Below, piece by piece: positions 1 to 13,147 of a stretch of DNA of 64,000 nt. Position 1 is the stretch's first letter. Every line of letters starts with the position of its first letter. The translations under genes and the position numbers were made by a program. The notes below the pieces were generated by a model, which had not been told where the DNA came from, searched no databases, and saw nothing but the letters and a program-made list of their open reading frames with translations. Source of the DNA: Octopus vulgaris (taxonomy: Eukaryota); assembly GCA_951406725.2 (NCBI GenBank), contig OX597817.1, forward strand, positions 56,048,001 to 56,112,000. Direction: 5' to 3'.

Positions 1-599
1 GTAAGCAAACAGCTGTGGTAGATGTGGTTATCATGGCAGTGGTGGTGGTGGTGGCGGCAGTGGATGATGATGATAATGATGATGATAGTAGTAGTAGCAT
101 TGATTATGTTAGGATGTCTCATGGATGGTAGTGTTGAAGACATTGCAGAGTGTAGTGGTGGTGAAATTGGTGATTTTGAATATGATGCTGGTATTGATCT
201 TGGGGTTGTGGTTGCAGAAGATGGTTGTGGTGGTGGCATTGGAGGTTGTAGTAATGGTTGTAGTGGTGGTTGTGAAGATGATTCTGATATTGATAGTCTT
301 TGCATTGAGGTGGTGACAGAGTCAGAGTAAATAATAAGAGCCCAGTTAACACAAGATTCTTAAATTTCGGAGATCATAAGATAGAGAGCAAAAGTTAAAA
401 GTTCCAATACTGGCCCAATTCCTACACCCCAGATTCTTCAACTATTTTATAAGAAAGAGGTTAATGGCAAGATAGGGATTCAGCTTAAAAATAAATTGTA
501 TAACAAAAAATACATAAATAAATTACTGCTCCAACGATGTAATTTTAGTATGTGTATATGTATGTATGTGTGTGTGTGTGTGTGTGTAAGCAATGCAAA

Positions 600-1174
600 C
601 AATGGAAAATAATTTAAACACTCATTTTATATATACTAAGACTTTCAAAAAGAATTTAGCTATTTAGGATCTGCACAAATTTTATATATACTCCACGAAG
701 TTTGAAAGTGTTTAGTTACGATAAGCGGATGTTTACATTTTATGTTTACGTTAACTACGTCACAAAATAGCTGTTTACGTCACAGTAACAATATTTTGAG
801 AGGCAGTAAATGATATGAAGTCGAAAGAAAGAATATCATCGGTTAAAATTCGAATTATTAAACAACGTTAAACTTAGAAATTACAATTCCGTTTTCATTT
901 TGGTTTACAATTATGTTTTCTTTTGACACATTCTACCAGTATACGAAGTTTCAAATTGTTTAGTTAACTAGGAAAATCTGGCTTTCAAAATGAAAAGATC
1001 AAAACAAACAAAATAAAGGGTTCATTAAGTTAAGTTTTATTTGTAAAATACTGTTGTTTGGAATTTGCTGCAGAAAATAGTTTATGTCTGTGACGGTGAG
1101 TGGTGTGGGGGGACACTAGGAATGTGGCCTTAAAACCAAGGGGGCGGTAGCCTGAAAAAGTTTGGGAACCACTG
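600..1174. mobile_element. Partial hAT-type MITE (right end only)
   Basis: Ends in AAAAGTTTGGGAACCACTG (to 1174), a Charlie/hAT-like terminus similar to the complete MITEs at 15448, 32234 and 54330. No left TIR was found, so the start is approximate. Confidence 0.45.
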
Positions 1175-1881
1175 ACCTAGAGAATTGGAAATGTCTTCAA
1201 TCAGCCGGGATTATTACCTGAGAGATTATCCCTCCGCTATATTGTTGATCTTCGTAGTCAATATCCTTACAATCCACCTACAGACACACACACACACACA
1301 AACATACACGCACACATACAGTTACATAATTACATATACATATATACATAAACAAACATACGTATATGTGCATATGAATACATGTGCACATGGGTGCATG
1401 AGTGTGTGCGTGTGTGTGTATGTGCGTGTGTATGTCTACTGACTACTCTGAGCTATTTCCTCTTGACTCATTTTTCTTTAACTGATGCAAATTTCCTATG
1501 CCATAAACGTGTTTCATTCTCTTTGTGGAAGTCTCAATCCCTTGGTTACTGAGGATAAAGTCGGGCAATTGTCGTGCTGATGACGGATATTTAGGCAGAA
1601 CGCATACTTATGACTGGGCGACTGTTTCAAGATTCTTCTCTATTTTCCTTAATGGCAAATCAACTTTGGTGACGTTTTACTTGTAGAGATTACCTTCCCT
1701 TCTCATATAGAGCCACTCTCAACATTGAGTTATTTTGCTCAAGTCATCTTTAGTCAATTTATATACGTATATATATGAATGCATATGCGTGTGTATACAT
1801 GTGTGTGTGTGCGCGCGGGTATGTGTGTGTGCATGCGCGTATGTGTGTGTATATTCATATATATATATATATATATGTATA

Positions 1882-1924
<43 letters not shown>

Positions 1925-2475
1925 GTATATATGTGAGTGTATATGTATGTATATGTATATTTGTACGCATGTATATATGTAAGTGTATGTATATATAGTG
2001 AGAGCAAGAGAGAAAGCATGTGTGTGTGTGCCAGAGGGGGAGAGAGAGAGAGAGAGAAAGTGAAAGAAAGAAAGAAAGAAAAAAGAAAAACAAGAGAGAG
2101 TGAGACTGAGAGAGACTAGCTATTAATCCCAAGCGTATATCATTTGGTCGTGTGTACCATGCTTTTGTTATTTGTTTTAGGTGCGTTTGTTAGTGGCGAT
2201 CACGCATTGATCCCATTTCGTCTCACACACCCATTGACCTGACAGAACATTCAGGATATGACAGGTGGAAGATGATTGGCCGGCGCGAACACTGGCTTGC
2301 TAATTATTCTCAGCCGTCTAGACCGGACCAATGCCATATGAAGCGTCTTCTTCAAGGTCACAATACATCTCTCGGTTCAGGAATCGTACCTACAACTTAC
2401 TAATCGTGAGCCGAACACCCAAAAGTGTGGGCCCGGCACCTCCAATCTCCCACTCTCTGTGTCTGTCTGTCAGTC

Positions 2476-2524
<49 letters not shown>

Positions 2525-2645
2525 GTCTCTCTCTCTCCCTCATTATACACTCCATGTAGATAGATAGACAGACAGACAGACAGATAGGTAGGTAGATAGA
2601 TACACACATAGATATATACATACATACATAGTTAGGTAGACAGAC

Positions 2646-2646
<1 letters not shown>

Positions 2647-2738
<92 letters not shown>
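2647..2738. repeat. (GATA)n microsatellite, representative of many
   Basis: Perfect tandem GATA. Similar tracts at ~5650, 7480, 11490, 24860, 30850, 34980, 41760 and 41880. Confidence 0.98.
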
Positions 2739-2739
<1 letters not shown>

Positions 2740-2954
2740 GAAGAAACAGAAACGAAGACAGACAGATATATTTTGCCTTGATAGAACGGAACGAACTGAC
2801 ATGAAATTTCCGATCGAAGCAATGCGAGAGGGGTAAAACGCAAAGCCGGGCAATAATGGCTGCCAGACACATATGTGTGATGCATAATTTGCACTGTGTG
2901 TGTGTGTGCTTGTGTTTATGATACATATTTATTTTACATGTGTGTATGTGTGAA

Positions 2955-2996
<42 letters not shown>

Positions 2997-3117
2997 TGTC
3001 TACGCGTGAACATGTCTCTACTTCTAATCATTACATTCCGCTCTATGAATTATCTCCCTTACCCATTTGCAATTTCGCTCCGACTCTCGCTCTTTTTCTC
3101 CTCTATCTCTATGTTTC

Positions 3118-3188
<71 letters not shown>

Positions 3189-3973
3189 TTCTCTCTGTAT
3201 TCTGCTCCCTCTCCCCCACCCCCTGCTCTATGTTGCACTAACACAAGAATACACGCACACACAAACTCACCCACACTGCAATTCACTCGACTGTGTCAGG
3301 CGTATGAAACTAAACTGTAATGACTTCACACATCATTGTATTCGCCTGTTTTGTCTCGAAGTTCTCCCCTCTAACCACTGGACCGAGACAAATACTGAAT
3401 AGGAACAAACGAAACAAAAAACATTACAAAAAACTAAATCAATAAGTAAACAAATTGGAACAACAAAACAACAAAAGACATAAGCACGAAAAACAAACGA
3501 AAAACAAAAAAAAAACTATTACACTGAGAAATATTCTCGAGATCCAGTGAAGCGTGCAGCTTGTTAATATGGCGGACAAGAGAGAAAACAAACTAATAGG
3601 TTTTCTGTTATTTGTAGCCATTTTTATATTTTCTTGTTTTCCATTTTTTATATTATTTAGCCCTAGGTCTCCCTCTACCAAGTAGACTTTGCGATCTCAT
3701 GCTATTTTCGTCTAACACATCTCGTTATACATATATGCCTATATTTATCTATCTATCTATCTTTCTATCTATCTGCCTACCTAACTCTTCCTCACTGTTT
3801 CTCTCTGCCTCTCTCTTTCTCTGTATATATATATATATATATATATAGTTATCCGTAATAATGAAGGGTGAAATTAATTAATTTGGAATAATTATCAATT
3901 ACACCAAGTAGTCTTCGGATGTAAAGCCTCATTCGAGGAAAATTTAAGTAATACTAAGCCAAACCCTTTATTG

Positions 3974-4030
<57 letters not shown>

Positions 4031-4630
4031 GTATATGCGTATGCTTTACGCACACATATACATGTTTCTTAACGGTATGTTAGTACGTGTATGTGCATGT
4101 GTATAAATATATGCATTCATATATATATCTATACACACATATATAATATACATACATACAGGCACACATACATACAAGCACAAATATAAAAGAGTACACG
4201 ATCCAATGTGTTTTTTCTCTTTTCTTTTTTTTCAATTTACGATATCAGTGCGTGATTCAAATAAATATGACAGCTATTTAGAGTGAGCCGAACGAACGTA
4301 TAGGACCCCAGCCATTCCATGATTCTGTTTGGTTAAGTTCTTAAGCCCAATGTCTCCACCACTATCCGTTCTTCGCGGGTTTATCTAGAACTACATTATG
4401 CAATCATCTGCCCTTCCTTTTTCAAGAAAATCGATATAATGTCATTTAAAGGATAATTATTTGCTATTTCTTACGGGTCAAGCGCTTCCATAATGGTTTC
4501 TTCATTGTCTCAGAATTTCTGTCCTTCTTATTCATTTGTGATCGAGTAAACCTATGATTAAACCTGGTCCGCCCATGACTACTACATCTTGTAATTCATA
4601 GCATTCTTATCACAACTCGATCCAAATGAA

Positions 4631-4930
4631 AGCGTATGGCTCAGTGATTAGCGGTACTGGCTATCAGTTGTAAGGTCCTCATTTCGATTCTTGGTGGCGC
4701 GTTGTGTCCTTAAACAAGACACTTCATTTCACATTGTTCCAGTACCTGTCATTCAAAAGGGCTAACTTTGTCGCATTTTGTATCTCGCTGAATCTCCTTG
4801 AAAACTACGTTAAGGGTACGTTGAGAGTATGTCTGTGGAGTACTCAGCCACTTGGACATCAATTTCATGAGCAGGCTGTACCGCTGACCGACTTGATTGG
4901 AAACCTCGTCGTCGCAACCGACGGAGTGAC
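4631..4930 (+). mobile_element. tRNA-headed SINE, family C (decayed)
   Basis: A-box-like TGGCTCAGTGATT, B-box-like TTTCGATTC, then GTGTCCTTAAACAAGACACTT. Homologous reverse-strand pieces at 2370-2420, 15690-15870 and 33040-33232. Confidence 0.7.
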
Positions 4931-5427
4931 AGTTAAATACCTTCCAATCTTCTTAATAAAATATGAGAGGATTACAGCTAGATTTCGGAGCTATTTTTAG
5001 CAGTCACAGCGGCCACATGGAAGCTTCATGCTTGGCTCACTGTTAATAAGCTCATAAATTCATGTTTGCACGTGTGTGCGCATGTCTGTATACATGTGTG
5101 TCTGTGTACGCCTGTGAATGCATGTATTTGCATGTGTATTTGACATTTTGTGTAAACATTTGTTTGCTGACATATACGAAAGGTCTCAATGTTTGTCCTT
5201 GTAATTCGTGGACATCCCTTTTGTCATCGTCCTCATCTTCATCGTCGTCGTTGTCGTCATTATTGCCGCCGTCATCGTCATCGTTGCTGTCGTCAATATC
5301 ATAATTAGCATCAAAAATATTTGGTTATCACCAAAGTCGTAATGGTTTTCGGCGGAGTGAGTGTGTGTGTATGTGCGCGTGTGTATGTGTATTCGGACAC
5401 ACACACAATAATATATACACACAGAGA

Positions 5428-5464
<37 letters not shown>

Positions 5465-5469
<5 letters not shown>

Positions 5470-5530
5470 ATAGTGGTAAGTATCCCCGCCTGTCGCGCGG
5501 GAGACCGGGGTTCGATACCCCGCCGGGGAG
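5465..5530 (+). pseudogene. tRNA-Asp(GTC) copy lacking acceptor positions 1-6
   Basis: D arm GTATAGTGGTAAGTAT; anticodon arm CCCGC-CT-GTC-GC-GCGGG (GTC at 5492-5494); T arm CGGGG-TTCGATA-CCCCG; 3' acceptor strand CCGGGGA-G. The 5' acceptor strand is replaced by (TA)n. TTTT at 5541-5544. Confidence 0.9.
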
Positions 5531-5662
5531 ACGTTTGTACTTTTCGTCCAACCCACGCTAGCATGGAAAGCAGACTTTAATCGATGATGATGATGATGAT
5601 GATGATATATATACGAAGAGAGCTAGGGAGAAAGAAAGAAAGTAAGATAGATAGATAGATAT

Positions 5663-5718
<56 letters not shown>

Positions 5719-6469
5719 ACAGATAGACAGACAGCCGGACAGGTAAGTAGGTAGGTAGGTATGTAGGTATGTAGGTAGGTAAAAACATGAATGTAATGAG
5801 AGAAATATAGAGAAGCTGAGCAAGAAATTAGAAAATGTAAAGATATTCATGCGCAATATTAAGCTAGTCACGTATACATTCACCCATACACGCATAAACC
5901 CCATTTATTGTCACTCCCTCTCTGTATTTCACTTCAAAATATATCCTCTTCCTACCCCTCATTCACTCACACATTCTGTGCAACGTGATTGGTGATTTGG
6001 CTGGATGAACTAACGAAAGGTGCATTTTATGAATTGCTGAAACGAGGAATCGGTGGAAGATTGAACGGACGGTTGGGTGTTGGGTTAAAATAAATCAATA
6101 GCAGAATAGGGGTGAGTAATTTGGAAAACAAAAACGATAAATAAATGAGTAAATTAATAAAATAAATAAAACTGGGAAGAAAACGCGAAATTGCCGAGAG
6201 GAAACGAGAACGAAGCGAGACTGTTCGATATGAGCCGCCATTATTGTACCATGAGTAAAAATAAAATCCATGTCAAACTAAAATTCCTAAAATATTCTAA
6301 GAGTCCACGCTGTTAAATATTTCATATTTGACGATCTTAATGTTGTTTACACACCCAAGACATAGCTAATTATATGACGATCTAGCCATGACCTCTCGGT
6401 GTGAATTGAACAGAGGTGCCGCAGGTAATTACGCGCACAAAACGAGAAACACAACGATACTTAGTTTGC

Positions 6470-6572
<103 letters not shown>

Positions 6573-6580
6573 TTATATAC

Positions 6581-6634
<54 letters not shown>

Positions 6635-6636
6635 AT

Positions 6637-6870
6637 ATGTGACAATTAGTTGGTTGTCATTATAAAACTCAGAGTTTCGGATGCCGGGGCTGGAGTTTAC
6701 TCCGGCATTTCGCCCGCGGGTTTGTCTTAATAACTGATGAGATGCCGGAGCAGATTTCAGCCCCGACATCCGAAACTCTGAGTTATATTATGACAACCAA
6801 CTAATTGTCACATATTATCTTTATAGATAAATTCCTCTGTTTTACATAATATCGAGGTCTCATTCATTCA
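6637..6870. mobile_element. Fold-back Penelope-like non-autonomous insert between TA tracts
   Basis: 75-bp inverted arms 6637-6711 and 6739-6813 (67/75 identical). Contains a hammerhead motif and is flanked by TA-rich repeats. Confidence 0.7.
6722..6796 (+). ncRNA. Type I hammerhead ribozyme motif
   Basis: Stem I TTGTCTTAATAA/ATATTATGACAA (10 of 12 pairs, but A.A at 1.1-2.1); CTGATGA at 6734-6740; 30-nt stem II hairpin plus one extra C; GAAA at 6772-6775; stem III ACTC-T-GAGT; predicted cleavage after GUU (6784). Confidence 0.75.
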
Positions 6871-7290
6871 TATATAGATATATACAGACATACATATATA
6901 CATATATAACATGCATGCATAGATACATACACACACATACAGACATATATGCTTACATATATGTGTGCGAGAGTACACGGGCGTGCACACGCTCGGGTGT
7001 ACAAGTAGAAGTAAATGCGTACAGTAGATCACAGTTTATTCTTTGTCGTCTTGACGAACATATAAGGAACTCGAAGTGGATTTTGAACTCCAGAACGGAG
7101 GCATGTAGATATAGATATGTCTAAACATCGTACATTTAAATATATATACCCGTGTGTGTGTGTGTGTGTTTGTGTGTGTGCACGCATGCGATATATATAT
7201 ATACATACCTATTTATCTTTGAATCAATCCATGCATCTATCCTTCTGTCTGTTTACCTATCTATCTAACTCTCTATACCCCTACATGAAC

Positions 7291-7349
<59 letters not shown>

Positions 7350-7395
7350 TACATAAATACCTATAAACGTGTGTATGTGTGTATGTACATGTATG

Positions 7396-7453
<58 letters not shown>

Positions 7454-7480
7454 GAGTGAGAGAGAGAGGGCGAGAGAGCG

Positions 7481-7546
<66 letters not shown>

Positions 7547-8261
7547 GTTTAGGTGAAACAATGGATAAAGGCAATATGGAGGTTACAAACTGCAGAGATG
7601 TAAAATTAATAAATGAGAAATAAAAACAATTAGTATGGAATGAGGTTGTCATTGTTGCACAGCGAATAGATTAATGAATGATTTATGAATTAAACAAATA
7701 GATTTATGAATATATAATTAGATAATTAAGAGTGAGAGCTGTGGAGAGAATAAGGTTTCGACAAATTAATATACTGAGGAACGAAAATGGAAAAAGCAAG
7801 GAAAATGTGGAAGGAAAAATATTACATAAACGAATGGAAGAAAAACAAAATGTCAGGAGAGATATGAATAAGTAAAGCTTGGAGGATAAGAGCGAATAGG
7901 AACGAGAGGGAGACAGACTGAAAACAAAAAAGAAAAAAAATAGATTTTAAAAATAAAATAAAAAAAAAGAAACACGGAATGCATAAATGGAGGGTTAAGT
8001 GAAAAAAAAAAAGTCGGACGTGAAAAAACGAGATTGAACGAGATTCCCAACTCTGTTTTAACCCATTTGCATAGACAGACATACGTTTCAAATACAAATA
8101 TGCGCACACGCGCGTTTGTGTGTAGGAGAGGGGTGCGCATGTGTGCGGAATGCGTGAGTGCGCTCGTGTCTGCACGCGCGCTTCTGTTTCTGTGTGTTGT
8201 ATGTATATTTATACACACACACACATATATATGTATGTATATATGTATATATTCATGTATG

Positions 8262-8299
<38 letters not shown>

Positions 8300-8316
8300 C
8301 ATACACACACACACAC

Positions 8317-8366
<50 letters not shown>

Positions 8367-9175
8367 AAATATGGGCGAATGCTTATGTATCTATACTTGT
8401 CCCCCAGCACCGATTGACAACTCGAGTTGGAGCGCTTGTGTCTTGGTGACTTAGCGTTTTGGCAAAATGTACCGATAAAAAAGTAGCGGTCTATCTATCT
8501 TTCTATCTATCTATATATTTATATATATGTGTGTGTATGTGTGTGTGTCTATCTGTGTGTGTGTATACATATATATCCGTATGTATATACACAAAGAGGA
8601 GGAGAGAAAGAGATTTGAATATATGCACACATATATCACCGGTTTCTTCTTTATTTCCATACAGTTATATCTGTAACTATAGACCGTCAGTCTCATACAC
8701 ATGGATGTACATCTTATAGAATTGTGGTATGTCTTGTTAATGAACACTGCATTCTTTAAGTAACTTAATTATCGCATTAATTAGGGGTGGGGAAGTAAAT
8801 TGCAAAAAAAAAAACAAGAGCTCGCTTGTATCTACGTGTGGATATGCCAGCGTGAGTTTGTGTGTGCGTGTGTGTCAGTGTGTGTGTGTGTGTAGGGGTA
8901 AATAGGTACACACAAGAGCAGGTTTACGCACACATATACAAACACACTTATACAGTCGCATACACTTATATATGAAATTATGCAATGCATATTGTAGTAT
9001 ACGCAAAAGCACTAACACACACAGATATACAGAAGGCACTTAACACCTAATATACAAGCATTTATATAATTTCATATATATATATACATATATATAAATA
9101 TATATATGTATATATATATATATATATATATCTTTATATATATATGCATACATATATATATATATATATATACAC

Positions 9176-9206
<31 letters not shown>

Positions 9207-9257
9207 CATATATATATGCATATATATATATATATATATATACGTATATATACATAC

Positions 9258-9312
<55 letters not shown>

Positions 9313-10032
9313 TACATATATATATGAGTGCGTGTGTGTATGTATGTATGTATGTATGTATGTATGTATGTATGTATGTATATGTTTATATATATTAGAG
9401 TGCAGTGAGGGTGCGATTGCTTGCAGAAGAATTGGTAGGAGGAGATAATGAATGATATATGACTTAAACACATGCTGTGCCTACATAAACAGTATCATTT
9501 TACAGAAAAAAAAAACCGTGCGCCGCCGCCGTCTAAATCGATGCAGATGCTTACAATAGACTATTCAGCAGCTTAGAACGACAGAAAGAGAGACAAATAG
9601 AGCAGACGGAGAGAGGGGAAAAGACAGAGAGAGAGAGACGGAGAAATTAGACAGATTGTCGAGTGAGTGAGAGAGAGGCATGTACAGTAATGAGGGCGAT
9701 ATGATGAAGATTGCATAGAGACGGAAAAGTCGCTGGGGATAAAGACTAAAGCTGGAAATGAAGCTTTCAAGGAGATGTAGTTTGGAGGGAGAAATTGATG
9801 AAGAGGTAGTTGACAGTTAATCAGATAAACTCGCAGCTAAATTTATCACACCACAGTTTCTATCAGATATAGGTAGATGGATGGATGGAAGGAAAGGGTG
9901 AATGGATGTGTTGGATGGATGGTTGGAAGGCTGCTGGCTGGTTTGTTGGCTGACTGATTGGTTGGTGAGTAATGGCGGAGTTGGGAGGGCTAGCTGTGAA
10001 ATGTCGAGCAGGGCACAACGTGGGTTGTAGCG

Positions 10033-10097
<65 letters not shown>

Positions 10098-10529
10098 CGT
10101 ATATATACATACATTCGTATATATATATATATATATATATACATATATACATTTAAACATATATATTGATAGCTAGGGTAATGGCTCTGGTATGAAATTG
10201 TTGGACATATCGTTGCTTACAATGTGCAATAGCGTGCAGTATTGACGAGGTAGCACAACTTGCAGTAGATAACTGACTAACCCTCGTCAAATCTTGGCCT
10301 TATTCAGTCCAAGAATCTAATAAAGAAAATTGATAGTTATGTCAGTGCCGGTTATTCATTGCATTTTTCATAAACACCTATAGATTCTGTTTCGCTCTCT
10401 CTATAAACGTAAGCTAAATGTATGCCACTAAAAAGCCGATAAAAACCGAGGAAACCCAGCGTATTTGTTCTCTGTCTCTTCGACTGAGAGCTGTCTCTAG
10501 TTTATTGATTGTTATCCAAGTATATATAA

Positions 10530-10590
<61 letters not shown>

Positions 10591-10591
<1 letters not shown>

Positions 10592-10860
10592 GTAAGAAGA
10601 AAATGGAGGGAATCCAGAGGTATTATTCATCAGTTGTTAGATATTATATTATGTCTATTTATTTATTTCAAACACTTCAGTATATATATGAATACCTGTG
10701 TAAATTATTAGTAGTTTCTAGAATAGAAAAAGAAGAGAAGAAATTACTAATACTTTACACATGTATTTATATATTTTCTGAACTGTTTAAAATAATTAGA
10801 CGTAATATGTCTAACAGTTGATGCATACTACCTCTGGATTCCCTCCATTTTTTCTTGCCG
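10591..10860. mobile_element. ~270-bp fold-back element next to (TA)n
   Basis: Imperfect inverted arms 10591-10718 and 10740-10860 (e.g. ATGGAGGGAATCCAGAGGTA / TACCTCTGGATTCCCTCCAT) with a ~21-nt purine-rich spacer. Confidence 0.8.
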
Positions 10861-11032
10861 TATAAATTAAAGGTAAAACCACGTTTTACCATCGTCCATT
10901 TATTACACTCAGTAGTGCAGTTGCCACGCAATAACCAACACTTGTGCATTCATAATTGGATATTCTACCAGCAGTATACTGGATAGATACTATCCCTTAG
11001 TTGGTTGCATTCACAACGTCTAACTTTCTTTG

Positions 11033-11136
<104 letters not shown>

Positions 11137-11151
11137 ATATATATATATATA

Positions 11152-11195
11152 CTTTATTTTAAGCAGCAGAAAATTTTCTGCTGCTTAAAATAAAG
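11152..11195. repeat. Perfect spacerless 44-bp palindrome
   Basis: CTTTATTTTAAGCAGCAGAAAA followed directly by its reverse complement. Part of a short insert (11152-11266) between two TA tracts. Confidence 0.95.
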
Positions 11196-11264
11196 CATAT
11201 TACTCTACCACTGGTATTTGAGTACTCTTTTTTCCACCTTGTTTCACATTTATGTGTTTACTCC

Positions 11265-11295
<31 letters not shown>

Positions 11296-11299
<4 letters not shown>

Positions 11300-11476
11300 A
11301 ACTGCATTAATACTTTAAAAAAAATTCGAACTCGTAGGACAGAGACAGAAGGGCCCTAATTCTTCATCAGTTATCAACCGAAGTGTTGATACTCAGTTTT
11401 ATAGTATTTAATGCATTTTTCCTTTATTAAGTAACTGAATGCTACGCATTCCGACTTTTGTCAGTAAGTTTTTGTT
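11296..11476 (-). mobile_element. TA-flanked insert with ~25-bp inverted repeat and decayed hammerhead
   Basis: GAAAAACTGCATTAATACTTTAAAA versus TTTTATAGTATTTAATGCATTTTTC. The minus strand has CTGATGA (11370-11364), stems GAATT/AGTTC and TAGGGC/GTCCTA, then GAAT in place of GAAA. Confidence 0.5.
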
Positions 11477-11491
11477 TATATGTATGTATGC

Positions 11492-11575
<84 letters not shown>

Positions 11576-11577
11576 GT

Positions 11578-11740
11578 TTCTTTATTGGCCACACAGGGCT
11601 GCACACAGATGGGATAAGTTACAAGGTAGAAGTTTTCTTTTGGGGGATGAAAAAAACAAAAAACATAAGAAACAAAAGAAAAGGTGGTGCATAGGTTTTC
11701 GATCAAAAGGGATCGTAAAAGGGAAAAAGAAGAACAAAAA
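11578..11740 (-). mobile_element. Probable L1/Tx1-like LINE 3' end
   Basis: The minus strand is pyrimidine-rich, ends TCTGTGTGCAGCCCTGTGTGGCCAATAAAGAAA and runs into (TATC)n. Family assignment is from recall. Confidence 0.55.
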
Positions 11741-12219
11741 AATAAAATTAAAAAAATAATGAATAAATGAATAAAATAAAATAGATAGATAGATAGATAG
11801 ATTTCCCTTACACATAGCGACATTAAAGACCAATTGTTAGAATTCAGTATACACAGCAGAGTTGTACAGGGCGTAATATGAAATTAAATAAATGACAAAA
11901 GAAAAGGAGTCACGTAATCACATTCAATATCTTACAGCTGTTTCTGCTATGTGTTAGTGCACTTATATACATACATATATATTCACATACGCGTACGCGC
12001 GCACACACAATCACATACACATGTATATGATGTAGTTTTTGATCTTTATATCGTTATCGTGTAAATAAGAAATAGGGTTTCTTAGTTTATGTTATTCTAT
12101 TTCATTATTTGGCTTCATGTTTCTGCATTATCGAGTTAGCAAGGCTGTGCATTATACAGGTGCGCATACAACTCTAGTGAAAACAGAACAATGTCAAAAC
12201 TATTATGTGTGTGTATACA

Positions 12220-12253
<34 letters not shown>

Positions 12254-12335
12254 CATACATACATACATACATGCATACATATATATATAAGCAACAAGGA
12301 TATCCAAAATAAGCAACAAGGATATCCAAAGGTAG

Positions 12336-12423
12336 TGCAGTACAATCGTTTCATGCGACTCCATTTAATTGAACAATGCAAGTTTTACATCAGTTTTAAA
12401 ATGTAGAGCAATCTTCAGCTGCA
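12336..12423 (-). ncRNA. Type I hammerhead motif with 59-nt stem II domain
   Basis: Stem I TGCAG/CTGCA; CTGAAGA (12418-12412); stem II closed by TTGC...GCAT (first pair U.U); GAAA (12352-12349); stem III ACGATTGT (one change from palindrome ACGATCGT); cleavage triplet GUA. A 22-bp tandem duplication (12287-12330) lies at the TA junction. Confidence 0.65.
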
Positions 12424-12773
12424 AATGGAATTATTTAGTTAAATTGAAAGGATTGATTTTTATACTTATTCCATTTATCAACATTACAAAGAGGGCAAGT
12501 AGATAGACAGAGAGGCAAGTCTCATCAACAGAAACATGGTAGTAAATGATATTTAATAATGGATACATTTCTTAAGAAATCATGATTAAATATCATATCT
12601 TAGCTTTGAGTGGGGATATTCTTCACTTCTATATTTTCTGACTTCTCTCTTTCTGCTTAAGGAACCTTTACGTAATATCACGATCCATTTGATTGACTAT
12701 TTTTAAAACAGCTCTTCAGACACTCTGTCTTCTTGTCATAACTACTCAGCACTATTGTTTTATTCTGTTGCTT

Positions 12774-13147
12774 CTTGTTTCAGTCATTTGACTCCGGTCA
12801 TGCTGGATCACTGGCATTTGTCGAGCAAATCGACACCAGGACTTATTCTTTGTAAGCTTGATACTTATTTTATCGGTCTCCTTTGCCGAACTGCTAAGTT
12901 TCGGAGACGTAAATACGCCAAGATCGATTGTCAAGCGATAGTGGGAGGACAAACATATATATATATAACATCGATCTATCTACCTATATATATATATATA
13001 TATACGATGGGATTCTTTCAGTTTCCGTCTACCAAATCCACTCACAAGGCCCGAGTCTATAGTAGAAGACACTTGCCCAAGGTGCCACGCAATCGGACTG
13101 AACCCGGAACCATGTGGTTGGGAAGCAAGCTTCTTACCACACAGCCA
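12774..13147 (-). mobile_element. tRNA-headed CORE-like SINE, family B
   Basis: Head TGGCTGTGTGGTAAGAAGC...GGTTCAGTCC, CCTTGGGCAAGT motif, internal TA tract, tail CCAGCATGACCGGAGTCAAATGACTGAAACAAG. Colinear with the copies at 17435 and 27861. Confidence 0.85.

Noticed and set aside
1-6. Window begins with GTAAGC, like a plus-strand splice donor of a giant intron
   Set aside because: No upstream exon is visible, and I found no convincing polypyrimidine-AG|GTAAG ratchet points on the plus strand.
1571-1614. CTGATGA with possible stem I GTCGTG/TATGAC
   Set aside because: Stem II and GAAA are not intact; too decayed to call.
3848-3975. TA-bounded insert with minus-strand CGAATGA-GG...CC-GAAG
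   Set aside because: Probably an inserted element, but both core boxes deviate and stems I and III do not form.
4285-4297. 13-nt complementarity to the miR-375 body
   Set aside because: The seed does not match, there is no hairpin, and part of the word recurs in a SINE head at 2406.
5465-5530. Functional tRNA-Asp gene
   Set aside because: Acceptor positions 1-6 are missing, and positions 37 and 60 are atypical.
10627-10633. Minus-strand CTGATGA in the fold-back element
   Set aside because: No downstream stem II-GAAA.
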